A DNA stretch of 64,000 nucleotides from the NCBI GenBank assembly GCA_035501475.1, contig DATJWE010000230.1, positions 595 to 64,594 on the forward strand. The letters are read 5' to 3'. Positions 1 to 8,365 of this stretch are shown here, piece by piece (position 1 is the stretch's first letter; the number at the start of each line of letters is the position of its first letter). Both the position numbers and the translations under genes were made by a program. Below the pieces are notes generated by a model. It did not search any database and had not been told where the DNA came from. It was given only the letters and a program-made list of their open reading frames with translations. This stretch comes from Puia sp. (GTDB lineage: Bacteria > Bacteroidota > Bacteroidia > Chitinophagales > Chitinophagaceae).

Positions 1-328
1 TAACGGGAATGATGTGCTCGGGTGCGATGGGCTGTCCGTCAAATGTCCCGGTTGCTGAAATCGGTTTCGACTGAATCATGGTAAATGCCTGTCGATAAGT
101 TCCGCTGTTATTCAATGTCTGTAATCCTGCTTCCTTAAATTCATTACTGATAAAATCGGCAGCTTTTTCTATCCCCGGGCTGAATGTAGCCCTGCCCTGC
201 ATATCATCTGATGATAAGATTTTTTCAATACGCTCCACTTCCTGTGCATTGATAATGGTATGAATATCCTGGGCGGTTAAAGAACCAATTACAAATGTTG
301 CAAGCAACAAAAAAAACAATTTTCTCAT
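1..328 (-). CDS. M28-family (PA-domain type) aminopeptidase-like exported protein, N-terminal fragment; the 3' end lies outside the window
   Basis: My own minus-strand translation from the ATG at 326-328 gives MRKLFFLLLATFVIGSLTAQDIHTIINAQEVERIEKILSSDDMQGRATFSPGIEKAADFISNEFKEAGLQ... It has a signal peptide plus the LxSDxMxGR...KAAxFIxxxFxxxGL block typical of Bacteroidota M28 peptidase N-termini. The frame stays open to position 1. Confidence 0.5.
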   Translation of the reverse strand, partial: MRKLFFLLLATFVIGSLTAQDIHTIINAQEVERIEKILSSDDMQGRATFSPGIEKAADFISNEFKEAGLQTLNNSGTYRQAFTMIQSKPISATGTFDGQPIAPEHIIPV

Positions 329-346
329 ATTTGATTTTGATTATAT

Positions 347-368
347 AAAAAAACCCGCCAAATGCGGG
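347..368 (-). terminator. Rho-independent terminator after the LytTR regulator gene
   Basis: On the minus strand, CCCGC-atttg-GCGGG is followed by TTTTTTT. Two further GC-rich hairpins lie at 383-402 and 414-431. Confidence 0.6.
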
Positions 369-434
369 GGCAATTTATTTCCCCCGGCTCTGAAGAGCCG
401 GGCTAATTTCACACCTGCTTCCCGGCAGGCAGGT

Positions 435-1175
435 TTATAAGCTCATCATCTCTTTAAACTTCACAGTCTGTCTTCTACTGACTTCAATTTTCTCTCCACC
501 TCTTAACTCGAGCAGCAATCCTCCATTAAAATAGGGCTCGATTTTTTCAATCAGCCGCAGGTTCACGATATGTTTCCGGTTCGCCCTGAAAAAAACTTTT
601 TCATCCAGCCTCTCTTCCAATGCGTTTAATGATTTCAGGATAAGCGGTTTGTTCGGCCCGAAATACACTTTGGCATAATTCCCAACGCTTTCGAACAAAC
701 GAATATCAGAAAGTTTTACAAACCAGCAGCGTTCTCCATCCTTTACAAAAACCTGGTCGTGTTCATGAAGCAGGCTCTTATTGACAACGATCTCCTCATC
801 TGAAATCATTTCCCTGTCCCGGCTTTCTTCGAGATGCAGTTTCTGAATTGCGTCTGCCAGTCGTTTGGGTTCAACGGGCTTGAGGAGATAATCCAGCGCA
901 TTCACTTCAAATGCTTTCAGCGCATAATCGTCGTAAGCTGTGGTGAAAATTACATCGGGAGCTTTGTCCAGTTCTGCCAGCATATCGAAACCCGTTTTAC
1001 CAGGCATTTGAATATCCAGGAAAATAAGGTCCGGATTTAAACTATCTATTTTTTCAATCCCTTCATTAGCATTGGCCGCTTCTGCCACTACTTCGATTTC
1101 AGGAAAATCCTGCAACAATTTCTTCAGTTCATTTCTCGCCAGTCTTTCGTCATCGATAATAACTGCTTTGATCAT
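435..1175 (-). CDS. LytTR-family response regulator
   Basis: N-terminal receiver (VIIDDE...LIFLDIQMPGKTGF) and C-terminal LytTR DNA-binding domain. It sits 6 nt downstream of the kinase gene. Confidence 0.9.
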   Translation of the reverse strand: MIKAVIIDDERLARNELKKLLQDFPEIEVVAEAANANEGIEKIDSLNPDLIFLDIQMPGKTGFDMLAELDKAPDVIFTTAYDDYALKAFEVNALDYLLKPVEPKRLADAIQKLHLEESRDREMISDEEIVVNKSLLHEHDQVFVKDGERCWFVKLSDIRLFESVGNYAKVYFGPNKPLILKSLNALEERLDEKVFFRANRKHIVNLRLIEKIEPYFNGGLLLELRGGEKIEVSRRQTVKFKEMMSL

Positions 1176-1181
1176 ATCTTT

Positions 1182-2234
1182 TTATTTTGTAGGATCGACA
1201 GGAATCAATACTGTCGCTTCAACCATATTCCCCTTTAATTCCCTGATATCAAAATTAGCCTTCTGCCCAAACAATAATTGTAACCGGTTCCTTGTACTGA
1301 TCAGTCCGAATCCGTCGCCGTTCAACGTCCCGTTCAGGCGGCCTGTATTGCGGATCACCAGTTCATGATAGTTATCTTTGAAATCAGAAACAATTCTCAC
1401 CACACCTCCGTTAAGCTGTTTACTTATTCCATGCTTGATTGCATTCTCCACGAGCGTTTGCAACATCATTGGGGGAATAGGCTGGCTCAATGTGTTTTCA
1501 TCAATGAAATATTCAACCTGCAACCTGTCTTCAAAACGAATATGCTCCAACGCCAGATAATCTTTCACGATATCCAGTTCTTTTTCAAAAGAAACCGTTT
1601 CCTGCTTTTCCGTCTGCATGCTGCTGCGAAGTATATTACTCAATTCCGTGATGGCCGTCCTTGCACGGGTGGGATTTTCGTCGATCAATGCGCGGATGCT
1701 GTTTAGCGAATTAAAAATAAAATGAGGATTGATATGCGACTTGATCGTTTTTAATTCCAGTTCTTTTACCAGTGCTTCAAGTTTTAAAGTATCCAGTTGT
1801 TGCTTTCGGCTTTTTTCAATGTAATGATAGACGTAATAAATCAGTGTCCATGGAATAATCAAAAAACCATTTTGTAAAGAAGAAAGAAAGATACGGGTAG
1901 AAAGATCAAATTTTCTTTTTACAGTAGTCAGGTTAAATACGTCAACGATTCCTATCCTGATAAGACTTGCAATTACACTTACTACGATAACCCCAAGAAT
2001 AAATTTCGGAAAAGCCCTCTCCACCGGTAGCATCAGCCAGTTGGACCTGCGGATAAATTCCCGGAATAAATGAGTAGCCAGCATTCCGGAAAAAAACATC
2101 ACCACAATTTGTTCGATCGATTTGGAAGTGACCTTTTCGTCCATCAGATTCTCAAACAGGATAATGATTAGCGCCATCAGAGTCCATCCACCAATCTGGC
2201 ACCACCAATAATAACGAGCCGTGTTCTTAGGCAT
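1182..2234 (-). CDS. LytS/YehU-type membrane sensor histidine kinase
   Basis: Multi-span N-terminus, His_kinase H-box HINPHFIFNSLNSIRALI, and HATPase_c (LVENAIKHG...DGFGL). Confidence 0.85.
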   Translation of the reverse strand: MPKNTARYYWWCQIGGWTLMALIIILFENLMDEKVTSKSIEQIVVMFFSGMLATHLFREFIRRSNWLMLPVERAFPKFILGVIVVSVIASLIRIGIVDVFNLTTVKRKFDLSTRIFLSSLQNGFLIIPWTLIYYVYHYIEKSRKQQLDTLKLEALVKELELKTIKSHINPHFIFNSLNSIRALIDENPTRARTAITELSNILRSSMQTEKQETVSFEKELDIVKDYLALEHIRFEDRLQVEYFIDENTLSQPIPPMMLQTLVENAIKHGISKQLNGGVVRIVSDFKDNYHELVIRNTGRLNGTLNGDGFGLISTRNRLQLLFGQKANFDIRELKGNMVEATVLIPVDPTK

Positions 2235-2421
2235 AGCGGGTAAAAATAATCAAATTTTAATCCTCAAAGCTAAACCTTTCCCATTGCCGGAACCCGCCAT
2301 TTTGTATTAATGGCTAAATAAATAGGCTATCGGTTGAGCAGGAATATGAATCAAAGCGGGAAAACAAGCCGTTAAAACATGTTTTCCAGGCTTCTGTACG
2401 GTCTCTTTCAGCATAAAAATG

Positions 2422-2429
2422 TACTTTTG
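2422..2429 (+). promoter_or_regulatory. Bacteroidota -7 box (TACTTTTG) for dxs
   Basis: Matches TAnnTTTG and lies 21 nt upstream of the ATG at 2451. Confidence 0.45.
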
Positions 2430-2450
2430 TTCTTCGACAAAAATATATTG

Positions 2451-4382
2451 ATGGAAATCAACCCCGGACCTTTATTGAGCACGATCAATTCACCCGGTGA
2501 CCTGAAAAAGCTGAGCAGGGAACAATTACAGCAGGTGAGTGATGAGTTGCGGCAATATATTATTGATGTCGTGAGCCTGCATGGCGGTCATTTTGGTGCC
2601 AGTCTGGGTGTAGTGGAACTGACTGTGGCTCTCCATCACGTTTTCAATGCGCCCTATGATCAGCTCGTTTGGGATGTGGGCCACCAGGCTTATGGGCACA
2701 AGATTCTTACGGGTCGCAGGGATAATTTTTCCACCAACAGAAAATACAAGGGATTAAGCGGATTCCCGAACCGAAACGAAAGTGAATATGATACTTTCGG
2801 TGTAGGACATTCTTCCACTTCTATCAGTGCTGCGCTTGGGATGGCCATGGCTGCAAAATATAAAGGTGAAAACGACCGGAAGATTGTGGCCATTATCGGC
2901 GACGGCGCGTTGACTGCCGGCCTTGCATTTGAAGGAATGAACCATGCAGGAGTTGCCGATACTGATCTGCTCATTGTACTGAATGATAACTGTATGAGCA
3001 TCGATCCGAATGTTGGAGCGCTGAAAGAATACCTGACAGATATTACCACCTCCCAAACCTATAACAAACTGAAAGATGATATCTGGAAAGCCCTCGGCAA
3101 ACTCCCTGTGGGTGGGCATTTCAGCCGGGAGATCGCGAGCAAGATCGAACACAGTATAAAAAGTTTTGTCAATAAGAGCAGTAATTTATTTGAAGCGCTG
3201 AAGCTTCGTTATTTCGGTCCGATCGATGGACACAATCTCACCAAGCTGGTAGATACGCTGAATGATTTAAAAAATATCCCCGGACCAAAATTGCTCCATA
3301 TCATTACTGTTAAAGGGAAAGGATATTCGCTCGCTGAGAACGATCAAACCAAATGGCATGCCCCGGGATTGTTCGACAAGATTACCGGGGAAATCTATAA
3401 GAAGAAATATGAAACCCCGCAGCCACCGAAATACCAGGATGTATTCGGGCACACCATCATCGAGCTTGCAGAAAAAAATAAAAAAATCTTTGGCATCACC
3501 CCGGCCATGCCGAGTGGTTCTTCCCTGAAATTCATGATGGATAAAATGCCTGACCGTGCTTTTGACGTAGGCATCTGCGAGCAACATGCGGTAACATTGA
3601 GTGCAGGAATGGCAACACAGGGACTGAGACCATTCTGCAATATTTATTCCACTTTTATGCAGAGGGCATACGACCAGGTAATTCACGATGTGGCTATCCA
3701 GGACCTGCCTGTTATTTTCTGTCTGGACAGGGCAGGATTAGTCGGAGAAGACGGAGCTACTCATCATGGCGCCTACGACATTGCGTATATGCGCTGCGTG
3801 CCGAATATGATCGTGAGTGCACCGATGAATGAATCTGAATTGCGTAACCTGATGTACACTGCGCAGCTCGATTCCATCAATCATCCTTTTGTTATTCGTT
3901 ATCCCCGAGGCGAAGGTGTAATGCCGGAATGGAGAACGCCGCTGCAGGAAATAACCATCGGTAAAGGAAGAAAATTAAAAGATGGTGAAGACATTGCCAT
4001 TCTTTCAATTGGTCATCCTGGCAATTTTGTTACAACTGCAATTCGTGAACTAAGAACGGAAGGACTGAATCCTGCTCATTACGATATGCGTTTCGTAAAG
4101 CCATTGGATGAAGAGCTGCTTCATGAAGTATGCAGGAAGTTCGATAAAATAATTACAGTTGAAGACGGGACAGTCAGAGGAGGATTCGGCAGCGCTATCC
4201 TAGAATTCATGTCTGACCACAATTACAAAGCAGAAGTAAAAATCCTCGGAATTCCGGATACCATAATCGAACAGGGTACGCTTAAAGAACTCCAACATGA
4301 AGCCGGCTTTGATGCGCAAGCCATTACTCAGGCTGTCAGAGAAATGATGAAGGAAAAAATGAAAAGCAGCTTTTTGCAATAG
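2451..4382 (+). CDS. dxs: 1-deoxy-D-xylulose-5-phosphate synthase
   Basis: GHFGASLGVVELTVALH, the TPP motif GDGALTAGLAFEGMNHAG, and transketolase-like C-terminal domains. I prefer the ATG at 2451 (MEINPGPLL) to 2379 because the -7 box lies inside the longer ORF. Confidence 0.95.
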   Translation: MEINPGPLLSTINSPGDLKKLSREQLQQVSDELRQYIIDVVSLHGGHFGASLGVVELTVALHHVFNAPYDQLVWDVGHQAYGHKILTGRRDNFSTNRKYKGLSGFPNRNESEYDTFGVGHSSTSISAALGMAMAAKYKGENDRKIVAIIGDGALTAGLAFEGMNHAGVADTDLLIVLNDNCMSIDPNVGALKEYLTDITTSQTYNKLKDDIWKALGKLPVGGHFSREIASKIEHSIKSFVNKSSNLFEALKLRYFGPIDGHNLTKLVDTLNDLKNIPGPKLLHIITVKGKGYSLAENDQTKWHAPGLFDKITGEIYKKKYETPQPPKYQDVFGHTIIELAEKNKKIFGITPAMPSGSSLKFMMDKMPDRAFDVGICEQHAVTLSAGMATQGLRPFCNIYSTFMQRAYDQVIHDVAIQDLPVIFCLDRAGLVGEDGATHHGAYDIAYMRCVPNMIVSAPMNESELRNLMYTAQLDSINHPFVIRYPRGEGVMPEWRTPLQEITIGKGRKLKDGEDIAILSIGHPGNFVTTAIRELRTEGLNPAHYDMRFVKPLDEELLHEVCRKFDKIITVEDGTVRGGFGSAILEFMSDHNYKAEVKILGIPDTIIEQGTLKELQHEAGFDAQAITQAVREMMKEKMKSSFLQ

Positions 4383-4511
4383 GACATCGCCCAATCATTC
4401 AGGGTTATATTTCTGATTTCCCATAATAAAAACTAATGATTAAATTGAAGAGTGCTGTAGCACTTTCCTTTTTCCCAATTGTTGTCTTCTTTGTCAAAGC
4501 TGACCCCAAGC

Positions 4512-7475
4512 ATGCGAAGGATTGCAATCATATTCCTGTTGACCTGCCTGATCAGTGATGAATGTTTATCACAACAATATTCATTCGTTCATTATACTCC
4601 AAGAGATGGCCTGGTAAGTAACCATACCAAACTGATGTTCCAGGACAAAAAAGGGCTTTTGTATATCTCCACTGATGGTGGTCTGAGCATATATGATGGC
4701 ATACGATTTACCAACTATACTACCGATGATGGCTTAGCAACCAACATCATTAACGATATCGTGGAGATGGGAGATGACTCAGTTTGGATTATACCAAATT
4801 CTCCAAAGCTGCACTATCTGTCAAATGGACTGATCAAGGATATCGTTACTAGCGATGGATTTTATCCGGTCATCAACAAACTCATCAGGGCCAGCGACGG
4901 TTATTATTATGCGCTCGCCGACGAAGGACTGTTCCGGTTTGAAAAAAATCGTTTTGTGAAGATTGATCTTGTCGACAGCGCTGGCAAAGACATCGGCCGT
5001 TTTTTCATAAACGCAGTAGAATTCAACGGCAAGTTGCTCATTGTTACTGATCCCAATATTCATCCTTTGTCAGGACCCGGGCGACTGATCGTGTACGATT
5101 TCAAAAGTAGAAAAGCTGTCGCGGGCCAATCCCAGCTAGTTCGTTCCATCGTGGTTTCGCCGAAAGGAGATATCCTCCTCGCGACAAAAGAAGGGATTAA
5201 AAAAGTAGATGTGGCCTTCCTAAACCAGAATAAAATTCGCTTTAGTGTTTTGCCACCTGTCTATTCGACCACCGAAAATGTGCTCGCCGACTATTTGTAT
5301 TTTGATCATCAGAAAAACTTCTGGTTAAATTCACCAACAGGATTTATCAAAATAGATCCGTACGGGTTGTCAAAAACATTTTCTGTCAAAAACGGGCTCC
5401 CCGTGAACAACTATATTTCTGTTTTTGAGGACAAAGAAAATATTTTATGGTTTGCCGACGGACAAGCTGGCATCAGTAAAATGGTCAACACTCAATTTGA
5501 ATTGAATACTGAACTGAAACCGGGGTTTAATGCTAATGATGTTTATGCCGACGGGAGAACAGACAGTGTGTGGTTTCTGGATATCGCTCATAGCAAATTA
5601 CTATTGCTATCAGAAAAGGAGTCAAAGGAATTTGAATTTTTGCCCGGTGTATCCCACACCAATTTCCGTCTCATTGCAGCCAGGGGAAATAAAGTTTACC
5701 TGGCTGACCTCTTCAAAGTATTTGAATGCAGTTTTATTGATGGGAATAAGATTCGGCTCAAGGAAATGTATTCAGACGATATGAATCATGCTGTTACTTC
5801 GGGAATCACCCGAATAATGCCCGACAAATATGGCAATCTTATTCTTTCTTCCGACAGCATAACCGTGTTGCAACAGAACGGGAAGCTGATTTCTTATCCG
5901 CTTGGATATTATGCAGATAATTTTGCTCTCACAGCCGACGACAGAATTTGGGTAATTACGCGGTCCAACAGGTTATTTTTATTTCGTATTCATCCTGATG
6001 ATCAGGATCATTACCTGGAACTTCTGCACCTGTATTTCGCAGAATTGCCTTATAAAAATCCCCGGTCAATTTGTGTTGATAAAAAAGGAAATGTATGGAT
6101 AGGAACCAGGGATCGTGGACTCTTTTGCTTGTTTTTTAATGGACAAACCATCCTTTCGTGGAAACAGGTTACGACAAAAGATGGTCTGTCTGACAATTTT
6201 ATTTCTTTTCTCCATTGCGATGGGGATGATAATATCTGGGCCTGTTCGCCGGGAGGTTTGGATAAAATACAATTGACGAACAATGGTTTTTTTATTGAGC
6301 GCGTTACTGGTAGTAGTGGTCTTTATCAAAGCATTTCAAGAGTGCAGTCCAACAAAAACAATGAACATTGGGCAATATCCGGAGCAGGTGTAATCAAAAC
6401 AACAGACCATACGCTCCCAAATAATTTTCAACCGAAAATTATTTTCAGAGAAATATTCGAAGGAAAAAATAGGCTGAATATCAAATCAGCTACACCTTCA
6501 CTTTTCTACAATCAAAATAATCTAAGTTTTTCTGTGGCTGCTCCGAGTTTTATAGATGAAAGCCAGATTCGTTTCAGTTATCTGCTGAATGGAAGCAGTA
6601 ACAAAGCATGGAGCGATACGACATCTCAGGCACTGATCAATTTTGTAAATCTTTCGCCAGGGGAATATACACTCCGTGTAAAAGCCATTTTCATGAATAA
6701 CCTTTATCCTAGCCCCGAAACCGCTTACGCTTTTATTATCCATCCACCCTGGTGGCAGACCGCATGGTTTCGAATTGGGTTGGCTTTGTTATTTGTGGTC
6801 ATTGTGTGGTTAACTGTTCGTAGTTATTATCAGAGAAAATTATATCAACAACAGGTCTTATTGGAAAAACAACAGGCTGTTGATAAAGAAAGAACCAGAA
6901 TCGCTGCCGATATGCATGATGATCTCGGCTCGGGCTTATCTACGATTCGCTTCCTGGGTGAAAAAGTAAAACGAAATGTGTTCAGCGAAATAACGAGGGA
7001 TGATATTGAAAAAATGCAGCTCACTTCCATCGAACTCATCGACAAGATGAACGAGATCATCTGGACCATGAATGAAAAAAATGATTCGCTTGAAAACCTG
7101 GTTTATTATACAAGAACCTATGCCCTGGAATATTGTGCTGAAAATAATATCAATTGTACCATCCATTTGCCGGAAAATATTCCTGTCATCCCCGTAAGTG
7201 GAGAAACAAGAAGAAATATTTTTTTAACAGTCAAAGAAAGTCTTCACAATATTGTCAAGCATGCCGAAGCTAAAAATGTGGAAATTACTGTCGGGGTTTC
7301 AAAAAGCCTGGATATAACGATCAGGGACGATGGAAAAGGATTTGACAAGGACGATGATACTGAAGAAGGCAATGGCTTACGCAATATGCAGAAAAGAATC
7401 GAATCGATTGGAGGAGAAATAACCATTAAAAATGAAATGGGTGTAACAGTTGCATTGAGAACTCCGCTTGGCTGA
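4512..7475 (+). CDS. Periplasmic propeller/Y_Y_Y sensor histidine kinase (HisKA_3 type), cassette A
   Basis: Signal/TM MRRIAIIFLLTCLI and repeated two-component-regulator-propeller units. Y_Y_Y domain (IRFSYLLNGSSNKAWSD...GEYTLRVKA), TM helix WWQTAWFRIGLALLFVVIVWL, H-box RTRIAADMHDDLGSGL, and HATPase_c GNGLRNMQKRIESIGGEI. The ORF opens at 4479 (TTG); the first ATG is at 4512. Confidence 0.9.
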   Translation: MRRIAIIFLLTCLISDECLSQQYSFVHYTPRDGLVSNHTKLMFQDKKGLLYISTDGGLSIYDGIRFTNYTTDDGLATNIINDIVEMGDDSVWIIPNSPKLHYLSNGLIKDIVTSDGFYPVINKLIRASDGYYYALADEGLFRFEKNRFVKIDLVDSAGKDIGRFFINAVEFNGKLLIVTDPNIHPLSGPGRLIVYDFKSRKAVAGQSQLVRSIVVSPKGDILLATKEGIKKVDVAFLNQNKIRFSVLPPVYSTTENVLADYLYFDHQKNFWLNSPTGFIKIDPYGLSKTFSVKNGLPVNNYISVFEDKENILWFADGQAGISKMVNTQFELNTELKPGFNANDVYADGRTDSVWFLDIAHSKLLLLSEKESKEFEFLPGVSHTNFRLIAARGNKVYLADLFKVFECSFIDGNKIRLKEMYSDDMNHAVTSGITRIMPDKYGNLILSSDSITVLQQNGKLISYPLGYYADNFALTADDRIWVITRSNRLFLFRIHPDDQDHYLELLHLYFAELPYKNPRSICVDKKGNVWIGTRDRGLFCLFFNGQTILSWKQVTTKDGLSDNFISFLHCDGDDNIWACSPGGLDKIQLTNNGFFIERVTGSSGLYQSISRVQSNKNNEHWAISGAGVIKTTDHTLPNNFQPKIIFREIFEGKNRLNIKSATPSLFYNQNNLSFSVAAPSFIDESQIRFSYLLNGSSNKAWSDTTSQALINFVNLSPGEYTLRVKAIFMNNLYPSPETAYAFIIHPPWWQTAWFRIGLALLFVVIVWLTVRSYYQRKLYQQQVLLEKQQAVDKERTRIAADMHDDLGSGLSTIRFLGEKVKRNVFSEITRDDIEKMQLTSIELIDKMNEIIWTMNEKNDSLENLVYYTRTYALEYCAENNINCTIHLPENIPVIPVSGETRRNIFLTVKESLHNIVKHAEAKNVEITVGVSKSLDITIRDDGKGFDKDDDTEEGNGLRNMQKRIESIGGEITIKNEMGVTVALRTPLG

Positions 7476-7494
7476 ATTCAATAGGCAATTGACA

Positions 7495-7576
7495 ATAGAC
7501 AATAGGCAATAAGCAAATTTCGAATGGGAAGATCTTAAACATTGCCCTTGTCTGTTGCCTATTGCTTATTGTCTAT
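7495..7576. repeat. Long imperfect inverted repeat (22-nt arms, 38-nt spacer) built from CAATAGG/CAATAAG units
   Basis: The left arm ATAGACAATAGGCAATAAGCAA (7495-7516) pairs with the right arm TTGCCTATTGCTTATTGTCTAT (7555-7576) at 20 of 22 Watson-Crick positions, plus one G-U. Confidence 0.8.
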
Positions 7577-7592
7577 AACTTTCATCCTATTG
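7576..7592 (+). promoter_or_regulatory. Cassette promoter-like motif TAACTTTCATCCTATTG upstream of regulator A
   Basis: One of seven copies of TAAC(C/T)TTnnT(T/C)(A/C)TATT(G/T). It lies 32 nt before the ATG at 7625. Confidence 0.45.
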
Positions 7593-7624
7593 TCGCCTCC
7601 TGATTGTGTTACTAAATTTATCAT

Positions 7625-8251
7625 ATGATCCCCATTAAAGTTTGCATTGTTGAAGACCTGAAAGTGGTGCGTGAGGGAATATCGAGCCTGCTTGCCTTGG
7701 ACGAACGATTTGAAATGCTGAAAGCATTCTCAGATGCTGAAAGTGCTGCCAGGGAATTGCCTGCCTGGCAGCCGGACATTGTGATCATGGACATCAACCT
7801 TCCGGGAATGAATGGCATTGAGTGCATAAAAAAAGTGAAACCCATTTGTCCACATACCCAATTCATGATGTTCACCATCTATGAAAATGATGAAAAAGTT
7901 TTCGATGCGCTGGAAGCCGGTGCAAGCGGGTATCTGTTAAAGAAAACGCCTCTCTCAAAAATTGTTGAATCACTGGTTGAACTTCATGAAGGCGGTGCAC
8001 CCATGAGCATGCAGATCGCACGCAAGGTCATCGAAAAAATGCAGGGTGACAAAACAAAAGAAGATATCAGTGTTCTTACTTCACGTGAAAAGGAAGTTTT
8101 GGAATGCCTTGCAAAAGGCTGGCTATATAAAGAAATCGCAAATAAACTAAACATAACCATTGGAACCGTCCGGCAGCACATTCATAATATTTATGACAAG
8201 CTTCATGTACAAAACAGGACGGAGGCGCTGAACAAGTTGCTCAAGAAATAA
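7625..8251 (+). CDS. NarL/LuxR-family response regulator, cassette A
   Basis: Receiver (IVIMDINLPGMNGIE) plus GerE-type HTH (LTSREKEVLECLAKGWLYKEIANKLNITIGTVRQHIHNIYDKLHV). Confidence 0.95.
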   Translation: MIPIKVCIVEDLKVVREGISSLLALDERFEMLKAFSDAESAARELPAWQPDIVIMDINLPGMNGIECIKKVKPICPHTQFMMFTIYENDEKVFDALEAGASGYLLKKTPLSKIVESLVELHEGGAPMSMQIARKVIEKMQGDKTKEDISVLTSREKEVLECLAKGWLYKEIANKLNITIGTVRQHIHNIYDKLHVQNRTEALNKLLKK

Positions 8252-8269
8252 AAAAAAATTCACTACCGG

Positions 8270-8289
8270 TTTGAACCTCCGGGTTCAAA
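8270..8289 (+). terminator. Hairpin after regulator A (terminator-like, weak T-tract)
   Basis: TTTGAACC-tccg-GGTTCAAA, an 8-bp perfect stem 19 nt past the stop codon. Confidence 0.35.
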
Positions 8290-8365
8290 TGAAGGGATAT
8301 TTTATGCCTGCCCGTATCTCATGAATCCGTTGTTACGACTAACTCAATCACCATATAAACACAAC

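Noticed and set aside
2379-2450. A 24-codon N-terminal extension of dxs (MFSRLLYGLFQHKNVLLFFDKNIL).
   Set aside because: A -7 promoter box lies inside it (2422-2429), and DXS homology begins at the MEINPGPLL start.
8270-8292. A GGGTTCAAAT sequence resembling a tRNA T-arm.
   Set aside because: It is the right arm of a simple 8-bp hairpin. There is no acceptor stem, D-arm or anticodon arm around it.
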